The notes below the pieces were generated by a model. It did not search any database and was not told where the DNA came from. It was given only the letters and a program-made list of their open reading frames with translations. This document shows positions 22,616 through 31,428 of a stretch of DNA of 34,669 bases, piece after piece. Source of the DNA: a virus; IMG/VR virus record IMGVR_UViG_3300045988_094729; one strand, 5' to 3'. Position numbers and translations under genes: made by a program. Position 1 is the first letter of the stretch. Each line of letters begins with the position of its first letter.

Positions 22616-22748
22616 TGTCGGCCTCCATGGCTATGGCGTAACAGCCCCTGATGAGCTGCCGCGCCGTTGCCTCGTCTATGTCAATGATGGAGCCGGGCGG
22701 GGTTACTCCCTCCGGCCCGGCTGCCAAGGTCAACATTTTGATTTTCAT
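22542..22748 (-). CDS. small protein following the capsid gene
   Basis: 68 aa (MKIKMLTLAAGPEGVTPPGSIIDIDEATARQLIRGCYAIAME). Its start abuts the capsid stop, and it overlaps the next gene by 74 nt. Confidence 0.5.
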   Translation of the reverse strand: MKIKMLTLAAGPEGVTPPGSIIDIDEATARQLIRGCYAIAMEADNGNNKTTPSSGTAKPRRGKTASAE

Positions 22749-23935
22749 CAGCTCGCCTTCATTTTCAGACGGCTGAACGCCTCGCCTACTACGGGTGCGC
22801 CGTCGCCATAGTACTCGACAACGTAGCCTATCTCGTTGTTGACGGCGTACAGCTCGTTAAGCACCTGTATGTAGAGGCCGTCGCTGTCGCATACCCAATA
22901 GCCGGTTTTAAAGTCGCCGTATACTGCCACGTACTTGCCCGCGGCTACGGCGTTAGGCGCGTACTCGGACATATACACGGGAGCGCCCAGCAGCATATCA
23001 GGCTGTCCTGCCTGCACGGAGGGCTGCCATATATACTGGCCGTCGCTGTCCTTGAGCTTTGCGATCATCTTGCAGAGGTCGCGGTGCATTACCCAGGAGG
23101 CCCCGCGCATATACTGGCCCTTCACGCCGTATTTGCACTCTATCAGGTCGTCGGTGGCCACGGCGGTGGCGGAAGCGGCGGTAACGTCGCGCCCGGTGGC
23201 TATGCCGCTGTCAGAGGCGGTAAAGATGCCCAAAGGCTGGTTAGTGCCCGTTCCGCTCATAAAGGCGTTTTCCTGCGCCGCCTCGATCTTGTACAATATG
23301 CGGTCAAGCACGGTCTGATCAGGGCTGGGTGCGTGGCGCATGAGGGTCTTGGATATCTTAATCAGTTTGGCAAGGCGCTGGGGCTTAAATTCGCGGCGGC
23401 CGAAGGCGATGGTCGCCTCTTCGGGGGCTGCCGCCACCTCGGTTGTCCATGCCACATCAGACGCATCGGTAGTCAGGCTGGGATACCCAAGGCTCTGTGC
23501 CTGACCTATGGGGCCTACGACGTTGCATATCTGGCGCATAAACATGTCATTTTTGAGCCCGGCTATGAGCTGGTTGACAAATTCCACGGGTGCGGTCAGA
23601 TAACCGGCGGTAGCGTTTGTGCCAAGGGTCATGGTGGTGTTTTTGTACCTGGTTATGGACTCGGGATCGCCCTGCAGTGCACGGGCAAATACTTTAATGT
23701 GCTCGTCCTTCTTGTCGCCCAGCTTGTCGATCACTTCACCGGCGGCGCGTTCCCGCTCGAGCTGCTTCTGCTCGCGGATTATGTTGGCGTTGAGCGCGTC
23801 AAACTCCTTTTCGAGCCGGTTATAGGTCTCGGTGGATTCCGCGTCCATCACGCCGTCTTCAAATTTGTTCATTATTTCGCGCATCTGGGTTGCGGCATTT
23901 GCGCGATCCTGCATCATTTCGTAGAGCTTTTTCAT
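22748..23935 (-). CDS. major capsid protein, HK97 family
   Basis: 395 aa with an N-terminal coiled-coil delta-like region then the capsid fold. Sits in portal-protease-capsid synteny. Confidence 0.85.
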   Translation of the reverse strand: MKKLYEMMQDRANAATQMREIMNKFEDGVMDAESTETYNRLEKEFDALNANIIREQKQLERERAAGEVIDKLGDKKDEHIKVFARALQGDPESITRYKNTTMTLGTNATAGYLTAPVEFVNQLIAGLKNDMFMRQICNVVGPIGQAQSLGYPSLTTDASDVAWTTEVAAAPEEATIAFGRREFKPQRLAKLIKISKTLMRHAPSPDQTVLDRILYKIEAAQENAFMSGTGTNQPLGIFTASDSGIATGRDVTAASATAVATDDLIECKYGVKGQYMRGASWVMHRDLCKMIAKLKDSDGQYIWQPSVQAGQPDMLLGAPVYMSEYAPNAVAAGKYVAVYGDFKTGYWVCDSDGLYIQVLNELYAVNNEIGYVVEYYGDGAPVVGEAFSRLKMKAS

Positions 23936-23942
23936 CGGTTAC

Positions 23943-24671
23943 TTATACCTCCAAAATTTTTAGTTTAGTCGCTCTGAATCTCTTGCGCTGCTCCTGCAGT
24001 GCGGTGTTTATATCTGCTGCGGGCTGGATTGCTCCCCCGTTGTCAGGCTCCCTGTTTTCCGGCGGTTCCTTCGGCGCGTGCTTGTACAGCGCAAACCACT
24101 TTTCGCTGTTTACACAAGCCGCGATCTTTTTATTCTCGATCAGTTCATCCACAAATCCCATGTCGAGCGCCTCGGCACCGCTCATCCATGTTTCTGCTGT
24201 CATAAGGGCGGATATCTCGTCTTTCTCCTTGCCGGTGCGGGCGGCGTATATGTCCGCTATCTGGTCGTTGATACGGTCGAGCTCGTCGGCGGTCCTGCGT
24301 AAGTCCTCCGCCCCGCCGCCGGCGTATGTCCATGCATTATGTATCATCAACGTGGCGTTTTCGGGCATTTTGATGGTATCGCCCGCCATGGCAACCACTG
24401 ATGCGGCGGAGGCGGCGAGGCCGTCTATATGCACGTTTTTTGTCGCCGGGTGGCGGTTCAGTATGTTATACAAGCTAAATCCCGCAAAAATATCTCCGCC
24501 GGGGCTGTTTATATACACATCAAGGGTGGATATATCCCCCAGCGCCGTCAATTCTTTTTGAAATTGCGCAGGGGTTATTTCGTCGCCCCACCATGACGTA
24601 TCGCTGATCTCTCCGTACAAAAAAAGCTCGCCGGCGTTGCCGAGAGCTTTAAACTCCCAAAATTTATTCAT
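23943..24671 (-). CDS. ClpP-like (S14) prohead protease
   Basis: LFLYGEISD...INSPGGDIFAGFSLYNIL...AASAASVVAMAGD. Confidence 0.85.
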   Translation of the reverse strand: MNKFWEFKALGNAGELFLYGEISDTSWWGDEITPAQFQKELTALGDISTLDVYINSPGGDIFAGFSLYNILNRHPATKNVHIDGLAASAASVVAMAGDTIKMPENATLMIHNAWTYAGGGAEDLRRTADELDRINDQIADIYAARTGKEKDEISALMTAETWMSGAEALDMGFVDELIENKKIAACVNSEKWFALYKHAPKEPPENREPDNGGAIQPAADINTALQEQRKRFRATKLKILEV

Positions 24672-25926
24672 TTTTCAGGGGTGCTCCTTTCGCTTGCGCG
24701 CTTTTAGGCGCGTTGAGTTTTGCGTTTTCCAGCGGCAGCATGTTGCCGTTGATAAAGTATATCTTTCCCAGCCCATCGGGTATGGGGTTCATATCCTCCA
24801 GCTCGCGGATATCGTCAGCACACATCACGCCGTTTTGCCGCATGGTGTTGTAGTAGCTCGTGCGGGTGGCGGTGTCGCCCCTCAGCAGGCTGTTTGTGTT
24901 GAATTTAAAATAATACTTCGCCTGCTCCGCCCCGCTCAACAGGTCACGGTAAAGGGCCTGCTCTATACGCACGGATAAAGGATTTATGCAATCCCGGACG
25001 AATTCGGCGCTCTGCTGCTCAATATTTGAAAAAGTGGCTTTTTCCAGATCCATGCACATGTGCGGGGGTACGCCGAAAATGCGACATATCTCGGTTACAG
25101 CCCATTTGCGGCTATCAAGGAGCTGTGTCTTTGACATGTCCCTGTCCCACGGCTGCGCCGTGGAGCCGTTTTCCAGAAACATCCATTTCCCGGCGTTTTC
25201 TGCGCCGCCGTAGTTGCTCTGGAAGTCCTTTTTGAAGCGCTCGTATGCCGTATCGGAGAGTTGCCCCGGATAGGTTATATAGCCGCCGGGGGAAGTACCG
25301 GAAAAGCCCCTTTGCGCGTATTGTGTCATGCTGTTATTCAGTCCCAGCACGCTTGCGGCTATGGCCATTGGGTCTTCCGGCGTGCGGTCGCCAAATCTAA
25401 AACCGGGGATAAAGACAAAATCGCCCTCCCGGAGCGTTTCTGTTATGCCGTCATAGGTGACGTATATATACTGTTCCCCGTTTTCCCGGTTGGTGTACAC
25501 TTCCGAGCAGCAGGAGGTGGGCAGATTTTTGAGGTGTCGCACAAAGCCGTATCTGTCCCGCACTATGCGGAGATACCCGCCGCGAGTGAGCAGCATGTTT
25601 GCCACAAGCATCTGCATAAGCTCATACGCCGTGGTGGTGCGGTTGGGCAGCACATACAACAGCTTATACAGGGGATGATCCCGTGCCTTTTGTTTGCCCT
25701 CCCCGGTATTTTTGTACATGTGCAGGGGCAACGCCGCCATAGTCTTGCTTATCAGGTCAACGCACCGGAATACCGCCGCGACCTGTAGCGCCCCCTCTGC
25801 GCTTATGGTGTAACCCTGCCCTGCAAGATACATCTGCCATGCGCTATCATCAGATACAGATGGCAGCGGTTTCACGTTCGCCGCCCGTATCTCGTATGTT
25901 TTGCCAAAAAGTTTAAATTTCTTCAC
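24664..25926 (-). CDS. portal protein, HK97 family
   Basis: 420 aa between terL and the protease, with a typical portal length and pattern. Confidence 0.85.
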   Translation of the reverse strand: MKKFKLFGKTYEIRAANVKPLPSVSDDSAWQMYLAGQGYTISAEGALQVAAVFRCVDLISKTMAALPLHMYKNTGEGKQKARDHPLYKLLYVLPNRTTTAYELMQMLVANMLLTRGGYLRIVRDRYGFVRHLKNLPTSCCSEVYTNRENGEQYIYVTYDGITETLREGDFVFIPGFRFGDRTPEDPMAIAASVLGLNNSMTQYAQRGFSGTSPGGYITYPGQLSDTAYERFKKDFQSNYGGAENAGKWMFLENGSTAQPWDRDMSKTQLLDSRKWAVTEICRIFGVPPHMCMDLEKATFSNIEQQSAEFVRDCINPLSVRIEQALYRDLLSGAEQAKYYFKFNTNSLLRGDTATRTSYYNTMRQNGVMCADDIRELEDMNPIPDGLGKIYFINGNMLPLENAKLNAPKSAQAKGAPLKNE

Positions 25927-25934
25927 TGTTTACC

Positions 25935-27488
25935 TCACACTATTCTCAGGCCGCGGTGCTCGTATACGCTGCGCTTGGGTTCCAGTTTTACCGCCGCCGC
26001 CATCGCGTCTATCAGGGCGCACATCGGGTCTATCCGCTCTATGCTCCTGTTTTTCATGGGTTTTATGTTCTCGTTGCCGTCCTGGGCTACTACTACATTG
26101 CCAAACGCCCAGCGCCCGCAGGGGTTCCTCTCGTGGGTCATTTCGCCCTCGCGTAGGAGTCGCTCAATTTCCTTCATTGCTGGGGACATGCCGCTCATGG
26201 TCTGGGGTATGGTGATTATCTTCTGCGCCGCAACCTCCTGCTGCATGAGGGGGCGCAGGGAATCTATGCGCCATTCGTCCGCTGCAATATATTTAACGTC
26301 ATAGTCAAGCATGAGCTTGTCCAGATAGTTGGCGATATAGGCGTAGTCCACACAGTTGCCGGGGGTCGCGTGCATATGCCCCGCCTGCACCCATTTGCTA
26401 AAAGGCACATGATCCCGGTGCTCCCGTTCCCGCATGTTTTCCTCGGGAATCCACGCGTCCACAAAAAAGCGCCACTCCGTTTCCTCCGGCGGCGGTGGGA
26501 AAAGGGCCGCCACGGCGGTCAGGTCGGTGGTGCTGGACAGATCTATGCCTACATAGCAGGGCCGCCCCAGCATATCGGATTTATGCCAGCCCCCTTCGGT
26601 ATCATCCCATAGGGTGATAGGCAGCCAGCCGGTGCGTTTAAGTGAGATCCATTGATTGAGCCGGAGCCACCGGAAGAGCTTCTCTGCCGCCGGGCTGTTT
26701 CGGGCCTTTATCGCCTCGCTGCGCACATTCTCAATTTTAATGGATACGCCCAGTGAGGGATTGGCTAAGTACCAATTTGTTTCATCGTATATGTCCGCGT
26801 CCTCAGGGACGGTATAGATTTTGGCGTAAAACGCCGGGTCTGTCAGTTCGCCGCTCAGCACCTTTGTTGCTATTTCGTGCTGTTCCCATCCCACACTTTT
26901 GCGGTCGGGGTCGTCGCCCGCGGTGGTGATGCACCATATGAGCTGCTCATTCCGTGCAGCACCCGTACCAAATGTCAGCACGTCCCACAAGTCCCGCTTG
27001 GGGTGGGCGTGTAGTTCATCTATGATGACCACGGAGGGGTTAAGGCCGTGTTTGGTCGCCGCCTCTGCCGACAGCACTTTAAAGCGGCTGTGTGTGCGGA
27101 GATTCAGCATTTCCTTCGTGCTGTCTTTGATTTTGATTATCTTTGACAATACTTCGCTTTGCTCCACCATGCTCTTTGCGGCGTTAAAAGCTATTGATGC
27201 CTGGTTCCTGTCTGCGGCGCCGCAGTATATCTCGCCGCCCGGTGCGTCCATGACCAGGTGATACAGGCTCAGCGCGGCGATAAGTTCGGTCTTGCCGTTT
27301 TTCTTGGCGATCTCCAAATATGCCATGTGGTACTGCCGCACGCCCTCGGCGGTCACGGTGCCGTATACGGAGTTTATGACCTCTATCTGCCATGGTAAAA
27401 GCACAAAGGGTTTGCCGTAAAAATCGCCGGTATGTTTAAGGGCCTGTACAAACTCGATAACTTCGAGGGTCTTGTTTGAGTTAACCAC
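25935..27488 (-). CDS. terL: terminase large subunit
   Basis: 517 aa. FVLLPWQ..., Walker-A-like AKKNGKTEL, VIIDELHAH (Walker B), and a C-terminal nuclease region. Confidence 0.9.
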   Translation of the reverse strand: MVNSNKTLEVIEFVQALKHTGDFYGKPFVLLPWQIEVINSVYGTVTAEGVRQYHMAYLEIAKKNGKTELIAALSLYHLVMDAPGGEIYCGAADRNQASIAFNAAKSMVEQSEVLSKIIKIKDSTKEMLNLRTHSRFKVLSAEAATKHGLNPSVVIIDELHAHPKRDLWDVLTFGTGAARNEQLIWCITTAGDDPDRKSVGWEQHEIATKVLSGELTDPAFYAKIYTVPEDADIYDETNWYLANPSLGVSIKIENVRSEAIKARNSPAAEKLFRWLRLNQWISLKRTGWLPITLWDDTEGGWHKSDMLGRPCYVGIDLSSTTDLTAVAALFPPPPEETEWRFFVDAWIPEENMREREHRDHVPFSKWVQAGHMHATPGNCVDYAYIANYLDKLMLDYDVKYIAADEWRIDSLRPLMQQEVAAQKIITIPQTMSGMSPAMKEIERLLREGEMTHERNPCGRWAFGNVVVAQDGNENIKPMKNRSIERIDPMCALIDAMAAAVKLEPKRSVYEHRGLRIV

Positions 27489-27975
27489 CGTACTTGCTCA
27501 GATATGCGGCCATGGGGTCGCTCTCTGCGGCTTTTTTCGCTGCTGCTACACCCATGCGAGCACGGCCCACCGGCGACAGGCACAGCTGCTCGGCGTATTT
27601 TATGATATTCTGCCCCTCCCGGCGCATGATGGTGATATATGGGTTTTCCGTTGGCTTGCCGTCCGCCGCCCGGTATATAAGCGGGCCGTTTTGGTATTCC
27701 GCCTCGGCTTTTTGGTATATCGCCACACTCTCGCAGTAGGCAGCGAGGGCGGATATGTCCAGATCGTTAATTATCGGGGTGTCGAGCTGGCGGTAGAGCT
27801 TTACTACCCTTTTCCATTCCTTCTTCGCCTCCGGGGACAGGCTTTTGGGTGGTTTTAATTTGTCGGAGCAGCCGGTAGGTTCGCCATTCTCCCGGTTTTC
27901 CATCGTGTCTTTGGTATGCCGGTTTTTGCCGTTATCGACGAGCTTTAGCGGCCTCGGCTTTCTTCCTGTCGGCAT
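27481..27975 (-). CDS. terS: terminase small subunit, P27 family
   Basis: MPTGRKPRP...LSPEAKKEWKRVV...ISALAAYCESVAIYQKAEAE...ENPYITIMRREGQNIIKYAEQLCLSPVGRARM. RBS AGGAGGAGCCT-ATG. Confidence 0.85.
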   Translation of the reverse strand: MPTGRKPRPLKLVDNGKNRHTKDTMENRENGEPTGCSDKLKPPKSLSPEAKKEWKRVVKLYRQLDTPIINDLDISALAAYCESVAIYQKAEAEYQNGPLIYRAADGKPTENPYITIMRREGQNIIKYAEQLCLSPVGRARMGVAAAKKAAESDPMAAYLSKYGG

Positions 27976-27989
27976 AGGCTCCTCCTTTC

Positions 27990-28403
27990 TCAAATTCTGT
28001 ATTTGCCTATGATTTTTTTGTGTCCTTTGACGCTGTTGCAATGTATGCAGGCGGGCTGGTGATTGGCGGTATCCCAAAAGCGCGGGTCGCCCGGCCCGTC
28101 AGGCGGGTCTATGTGATCCACGCACCGCGCCACCATAGTGCAGCCATCATCCAGCCGCAGGGCGCAGAGTTGATGTTCCGGGGCCGACAAATACCAGCGG
28201 GAGTATTTGCTCCATCGGGCATCATATCCGCGCTGCCGGGAGCTGCCCCGCCGCTCGTCCTGGGCGTGTATCTGCTCCTGCTGCCGCAGTTCGCCCGCCG
28301 TCCGGTGCTCATCGCAGTATCGTCCGGCGGTCAGCGCATTACATCCAGGGTACTGGCAAAAATGTAGGGCTCGGCTTGCCATATTGCCGCTCATCTCCCT
28401 CAA
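27990..28403 (-). CDS. HNH endonuclease (terminase-associated)
   Basis: CQYPGC...YCDEH zinc finger and VDHIDPP...NHQPACIHCNSVKG. Immediately upstream of terS. The exact start is uncertain (TTG 28403 or downstream ATGs). Confidence 0.8.
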   Translation of the reverse strand: MREMSGNMASRALHFCQYPGCNALTAGRYCDEHRTAGELRQQEQIHAQDERRGSSRQRGYDARWSKYSRWYLSAPEHQLCALRLDDGCTMVARCVDHIDPPDGPGDPRFWDTANHQPACIHCNSVKGHKKIIGKYRI

Positions 28404-28583
28404 AATGCTAAAGGGCCGCTCTTCGCAGCCCTTTTGATGGTATTATTATAGCACATTAAGAGTGTGGGAAAGTGTTGAGTTTTATTTATCTCGTTACAGA
28501 CAACACGGTTAAGGCCCTGGGCCGGGCGTATGGTATATAATGGTGGCGCAGCTCCCCGACATCATCGGGGCGCGCTGAATGAT

Positions 28584-28610
28584 ATAAGAGGGCTATATCA
28601 GCCCTCTTAT
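28584..28610. terminator. 10-bp perfect hairpin (ataagagggc-tatatca-gccctcttat) after the late-activator gene
   Basis: Read directly. The weak T-run makes its terminator function uncertain. Confidence 0.4.
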
Positions 28611-28622
28611 ACGGTATTCTCT

Positions 28623-29120
28623 TTACGCTGCTATTCTGCCTATCAGTCTGTCTACCCCCTGTCTCTCAAGGGTCTTCGCCCAATCAATCGAGACGTGCAT
28701 TTGCTGCGCTATCCGCTCCCAATATCCCCCTTTTGCCACTCCGTATTTAACGTACCGCAGTCTTATTGCCTCATATTCCAGCGGCGGCAAGCACATCACT
28801 TCAAATTCTATCATTCCCACCCAATGGTCGAGATTTTGTAATTCGTCTTCCAGCCGTTTTTTCTTCTTTCGCAGTCTTTTTAATTCCCGCGAAGCTTTTA
28901 TCACCGTGGCCGGAGTGCTGTCCGGCAGCTCGGTACCGTGCGGCAAGCCCGTAATCTGCTGCGGGTGAAGGTCGTATTGCGCGTCGATCTCCTCGTCAAC
29001 GCTAATTAACAACCGCTCTTTTTCCGTCCTCGTGCGCTCTGCATTACCCCAATACATCAGCAGTCGCCGCACGGCTGCCCGCTCATCTCGCCTTTCCCGC
29101 GTTGCTTTTTTCGGATTCAA
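28623..29120 (-). CDS. putative late-gene transcriptional activator (sigma-70 region-4-like, ArpU/RinA-type)
   Basis: TTG start after AAAGGAGGCGAAAAA. C-terminal LPPLEYEAIRLRYVKYG...WERIAQQMHVSIDWAKTLERQGVDRL looks like region 4. Positioned just before the packaging genes. Confidence 0.45.
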   Translation of the reverse strand: MNPKKATRERRDERAAVRRLLMYWGNAERTRTEKERLLISVDEEIDAQYDLHPQQITGLPHGTELPDSTPATVIKASRELKRLRKKKKRLEDELQNLDHWVGMIEFEVMCLPPLEYEAIRLRYVKYGVAKGGYWERIAQQMHVSIDWAKTLERQGVDRLIGRIAA

Positions 29121-29438
29121 TTTTTCGCCTCCTTTTTGGATTAAAAACCGTCGTTTTTGATGTAATTTTACAAATCTTTTCGATGACCAATTTGCCGCCG
29201 CCGTTTATTTGTAGTTTTGTTGTTTTGGGGCGCCCCATTGCCGTTCATTTTCGAAGCTTCTCAAAAATCGAAAAATTTTTCTTCCGATGGGCCGCCCCGG
29301 TACCACGGAGGGTTGATTTAGCTTTTTGATGCCCCCCTCCCCTCTATTTTGGCCTGTTTCCTCCGGCACAGGTTTGCTGTGTTCCCCCACCGGCGGAGTT
29401 GCCCCCGAACCCTCCAACGCTTTTCCCTATCATTCATT

Positions 29439-29783
29439 TCAACACTTCTTTCCGTGCTTATATGGCCGCCCACGATTATAGGTCATCTTTTGTCGCACAA
29501 TCTCGTCCGCGTCCAGTCCCTCATGACTAAACCAATCCAGTATGCGGATAAGACAATCCGCCATCTCGGTGGCTATGCCCTCGGGCTTGCCGTCCTCGTT
29601 TGCCCATACCATAGGGCGCCCGGCACGGTACTCCTCTACCGCCTCGGACAGCTCGCTATGGCAAAGGGCGACAATCTCCAGCAGGTTGCGAGGCTCGTCC
29701 CACCAGCCGTGAGTAACGGCGTTTTCGTGTATTTCCTTCGCCAACTTGTACAGCGGCTCTTCGTTGTTGTGGATCGTTATCAT
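29439..29783 (-). CDS. MazG-like all-alpha NTP pyrophosphohydrolase (copy 2)
   Basis: CHSELSEAVEEYRAG...KPEGIATEMADCLIRILDW...KMTYNRGRPYKHGKK. RBS GGGAGGGAGAAAA-ATG. Confidence 0.75.
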   Translation of the reverse strand: MITIHNNEEPLYKLAKEIHENAVTHGWWDEPRNLLEIVALCHSELSEAVEEYRAGRPMVWANEDGKPEGIATEMADCLIRILDWFSHEGLDADEIVRQKMTYNRGRPYKHGKKC

Positions 29784-30050
29784 TTTTCTCCCTCCCATAT
29801 CAGCGGCTTCCCCTCTGCGTCTACCATTATGCATATGCCGCCTTGGTATACTTTTAGGTATTGTATCCCCGTGAGGTTATCGACATATATCGTATACGAT
29901 GCACCCGTTTCCAGCGTTCGCAGTCTGTAAGTACCAGCCTCAGCCTTGTTGCACCCGCATGACGGGCAATGAAACACGCCTATTCGCCAAATTATGCACA
30001 ACACGCCGGTTCTGCCGCAGTCTTCGCATGGATACGTTATTCTTTTCACG
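29780..30050 (-). CDS. Zn-ribbon protein with DUF6440-like C-terminus
   Basis: GTG start overlaps the upstream stop (GTGA) after GGAAGGAGG. Contains CEDCGR...CPSCGC, then YVDNLTGIQYLKVYQGGICIMVDAEGKP. Confidence 0.55.
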
Positions 30051-30342
30051 CTTCCTCCTTCCTTTCGCCGCGACCACAAAAATGCTGTTTTTGTACGCTT
30101 ACCGGAAATACATCATTATCCACGATACAAAGTTCATATTCTGCGTTATCCGCTGTCGCCGAGATACAGTACCGGCAATCTATACATCTCACCACTTCCA
30201 CTACATCGGCGGCGGGTTCTTTGTCGATAAATGCCATCCAATCACAATCGCTCGGTTCGCACGGTTCTTCACTGCATACCTCGTTGCAATGCCCACATAC
30301 AAACTGCTTTGCTCTGTTTTTAGTTATATATTCTTTTGTCAT
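30046..30342 (-). CDS. Cys-rich small protein (14 Cys; contains PAADVVEVVRCIDCRYC)
   Basis: 98-aa ORF with ATGA overlap to the upstream gene. Confidence 0.6.
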   Translation of the reverse strand: MTKEYITKNRAKQFVCGHCNEVCSEEPCEPSDCDWMAFIDKEPAADVVEVVRCIDCRYCISATADNAEYELCIVDNDVFPVSVQKQHFCGRGERKEEA

Positions 30343-30536
30343 ACTTCTTCCAATGCCTTTTCAGCTTCTTCACGGACTGCAACCATGTCAACATACTCTT
30401 GCGGGTTATGCGCTTTTACATGTGGGTCGCTAAATTTTTTAGCACTCTCAAGCAGTGCTTCTATAATTATGTCTTTATTTGTATTGCAGTCGCACCTGGC
30501 AAAGCAATAATATTTGTCGCCGATTTTTACAGGCAT
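30339..30536 (-). CDS. hypothetical small protein
   Basis: 65-aa ORF with TAATG overlap to the radical-SAM gene. Confidence 0.55.
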   Translation of the reverse strand: MPVKIGDKYYCFARCDCNTNKDIIIEALLESAKKFSDPHVKAHNPQEYVDMVAVREEAEKALEEV

Positions 30537-31246
30537 TATTCTTCCTCCTTCGGCGGTTTGACCATTTCTACCCGTAAGCTCTCTTTTATGTAGTAATCAA
30601 TGCCAAGTTGCTTGCATAGTTGTTCGGCTTCTTCCCCAAACTGTTTCCAGTTAATATTTGACGAATAGTAATTCAATTTCCCAATTTTAACCTTGTCAAA
30701 TATGTCATAACAGTTCTCGATACATTCCAAAACCCGATCTGCGTCCGTTACAGGCTCAAAAGAACACCATGTTTTTATTCCCCAGTCATGCGCTTCTTTC
30801 ACATCTATAAGCCTGTCGCTTGGCATATATAAACCGCCATACATACCATCATAGGTAATACCGTACCAATCGTTTTCATCCAGCAAATCAAAGTCACGGC
30901 TCCCATCGCCCTTTGTAAGTATCTGAACATGGTTCCCACTTGCCTTGATAGCCTTTATAATCTGCCGTGTCGCCGTGGTATCATGTCCTGTGGGGTATGG
31001 GTCACAGGTGAAACACAGGTGTATCAATTTGCCCGCGATTCCTTCCCGCTCTAACTGTTTAATAGTTGCCTCCACAATTCCATCACGAGGCTTTATGTTA
31101 GTGTGAAACTGTTCCCGATCTTTCCTTAACACTGACGGGGCAAAGCAGTAATAACATCTGTGAGGACATCCCGTGTAAATGTTGATAGCATAATCGCCGT
31201 ACTCTTTTGCTTTTCCTTTAGGTATATAAATTGGCTTCATCTTCAT
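30536..31246 (-). CDS. radical SAM enzyme (short, no SPASM extension)
   Basis: INIYTGCPHRCYYCFAP carries CxxxCxxC. The G-C-x-H-x-C-x-Y-C context resembles the COG1533/SplB-like group (from memory). 236 aa, low GC. Confidence 0.8.
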   Translation of the reverse strand: MKMKPIYIPKGKAKEYGDYAINIYTGCPHRCYYCFAPSVLRKDREQFHTNIKPRDGIVEATIKQLEREGIAGKLIHLCFTCDPYPTGHDTTATRQIIKAIKASGNHVQILTKGDGSRDFDLLDENDWYGITYDGMYGGLYMPSDRLIDVKEAHDWGIKTWCSFEPVTDADRVLECIENCYDIFDKVKIGKLNYYSSNINWKQFGEEAEQLCKQLGIDYYIKESLRVEMVKPPKEEE

Positions 31247-31416
31247 ACCTCCTTTGGCGGTTCGGCCACCTCCACTACATCGGCGGCGGGGATATCCTTC
31301 AAGTCGATTTCCTTGATGTACCTGTGCAATACAACTCCGCTCAATTCAGGGTCGTAGTGCTTTACTTCAATAACCTTTTCCAGCGCCTTTTCTCGCTCTA
31401 TGTACTCTTTAGCCAT
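31243..31416 (-). CDS. 57-aa hypothetical protein (ends ...IPAADVVEVAEPPKEV)
   Basis: RBS TAGGAGGTACTGACA-ATG. Its stop overlaps the radical-SAM ATG (ATGA). Below the ORF-track cutoff. Confidence 0.55.
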   Translation of the reverse strand: MAKEYIEREKALEKVIEVKHYDPELSGVVLHRYIKEIDLKDIPAADVVEVAEPPKEV

Positions 31417-31428
31417 TGTCAGTACCTC

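Noticed and set aside
22542-22748. The 74-nt overlap between the post-capsid small ORF and the connector gene as another frameshift site
   Set aside because: The connector gene has its own strong SD (GGAGG, 7-nt spacing) and ATG at 22615. No slippery heptamer is present in the overlap.
29205-29417. 70-aa minus-strand ORF in the early-late gap
   Set aside because: It is Gly/Pro/Arg-rich and low in complexity, produced by the G-runs. It has no SD and no coupling to neighbours.
30046-31246. Radical SAM plus Cys-rich small ORFs as a RiPP (sactipeptide/ranthipeptide) cluster
   Set aside because: The enzyme is only 236 aa with a single CxxxCxxC and no SPASM/twitch auxiliary-cluster region or RRE. 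There is no transporter or protease, and the small ORFs lack leader-core features.
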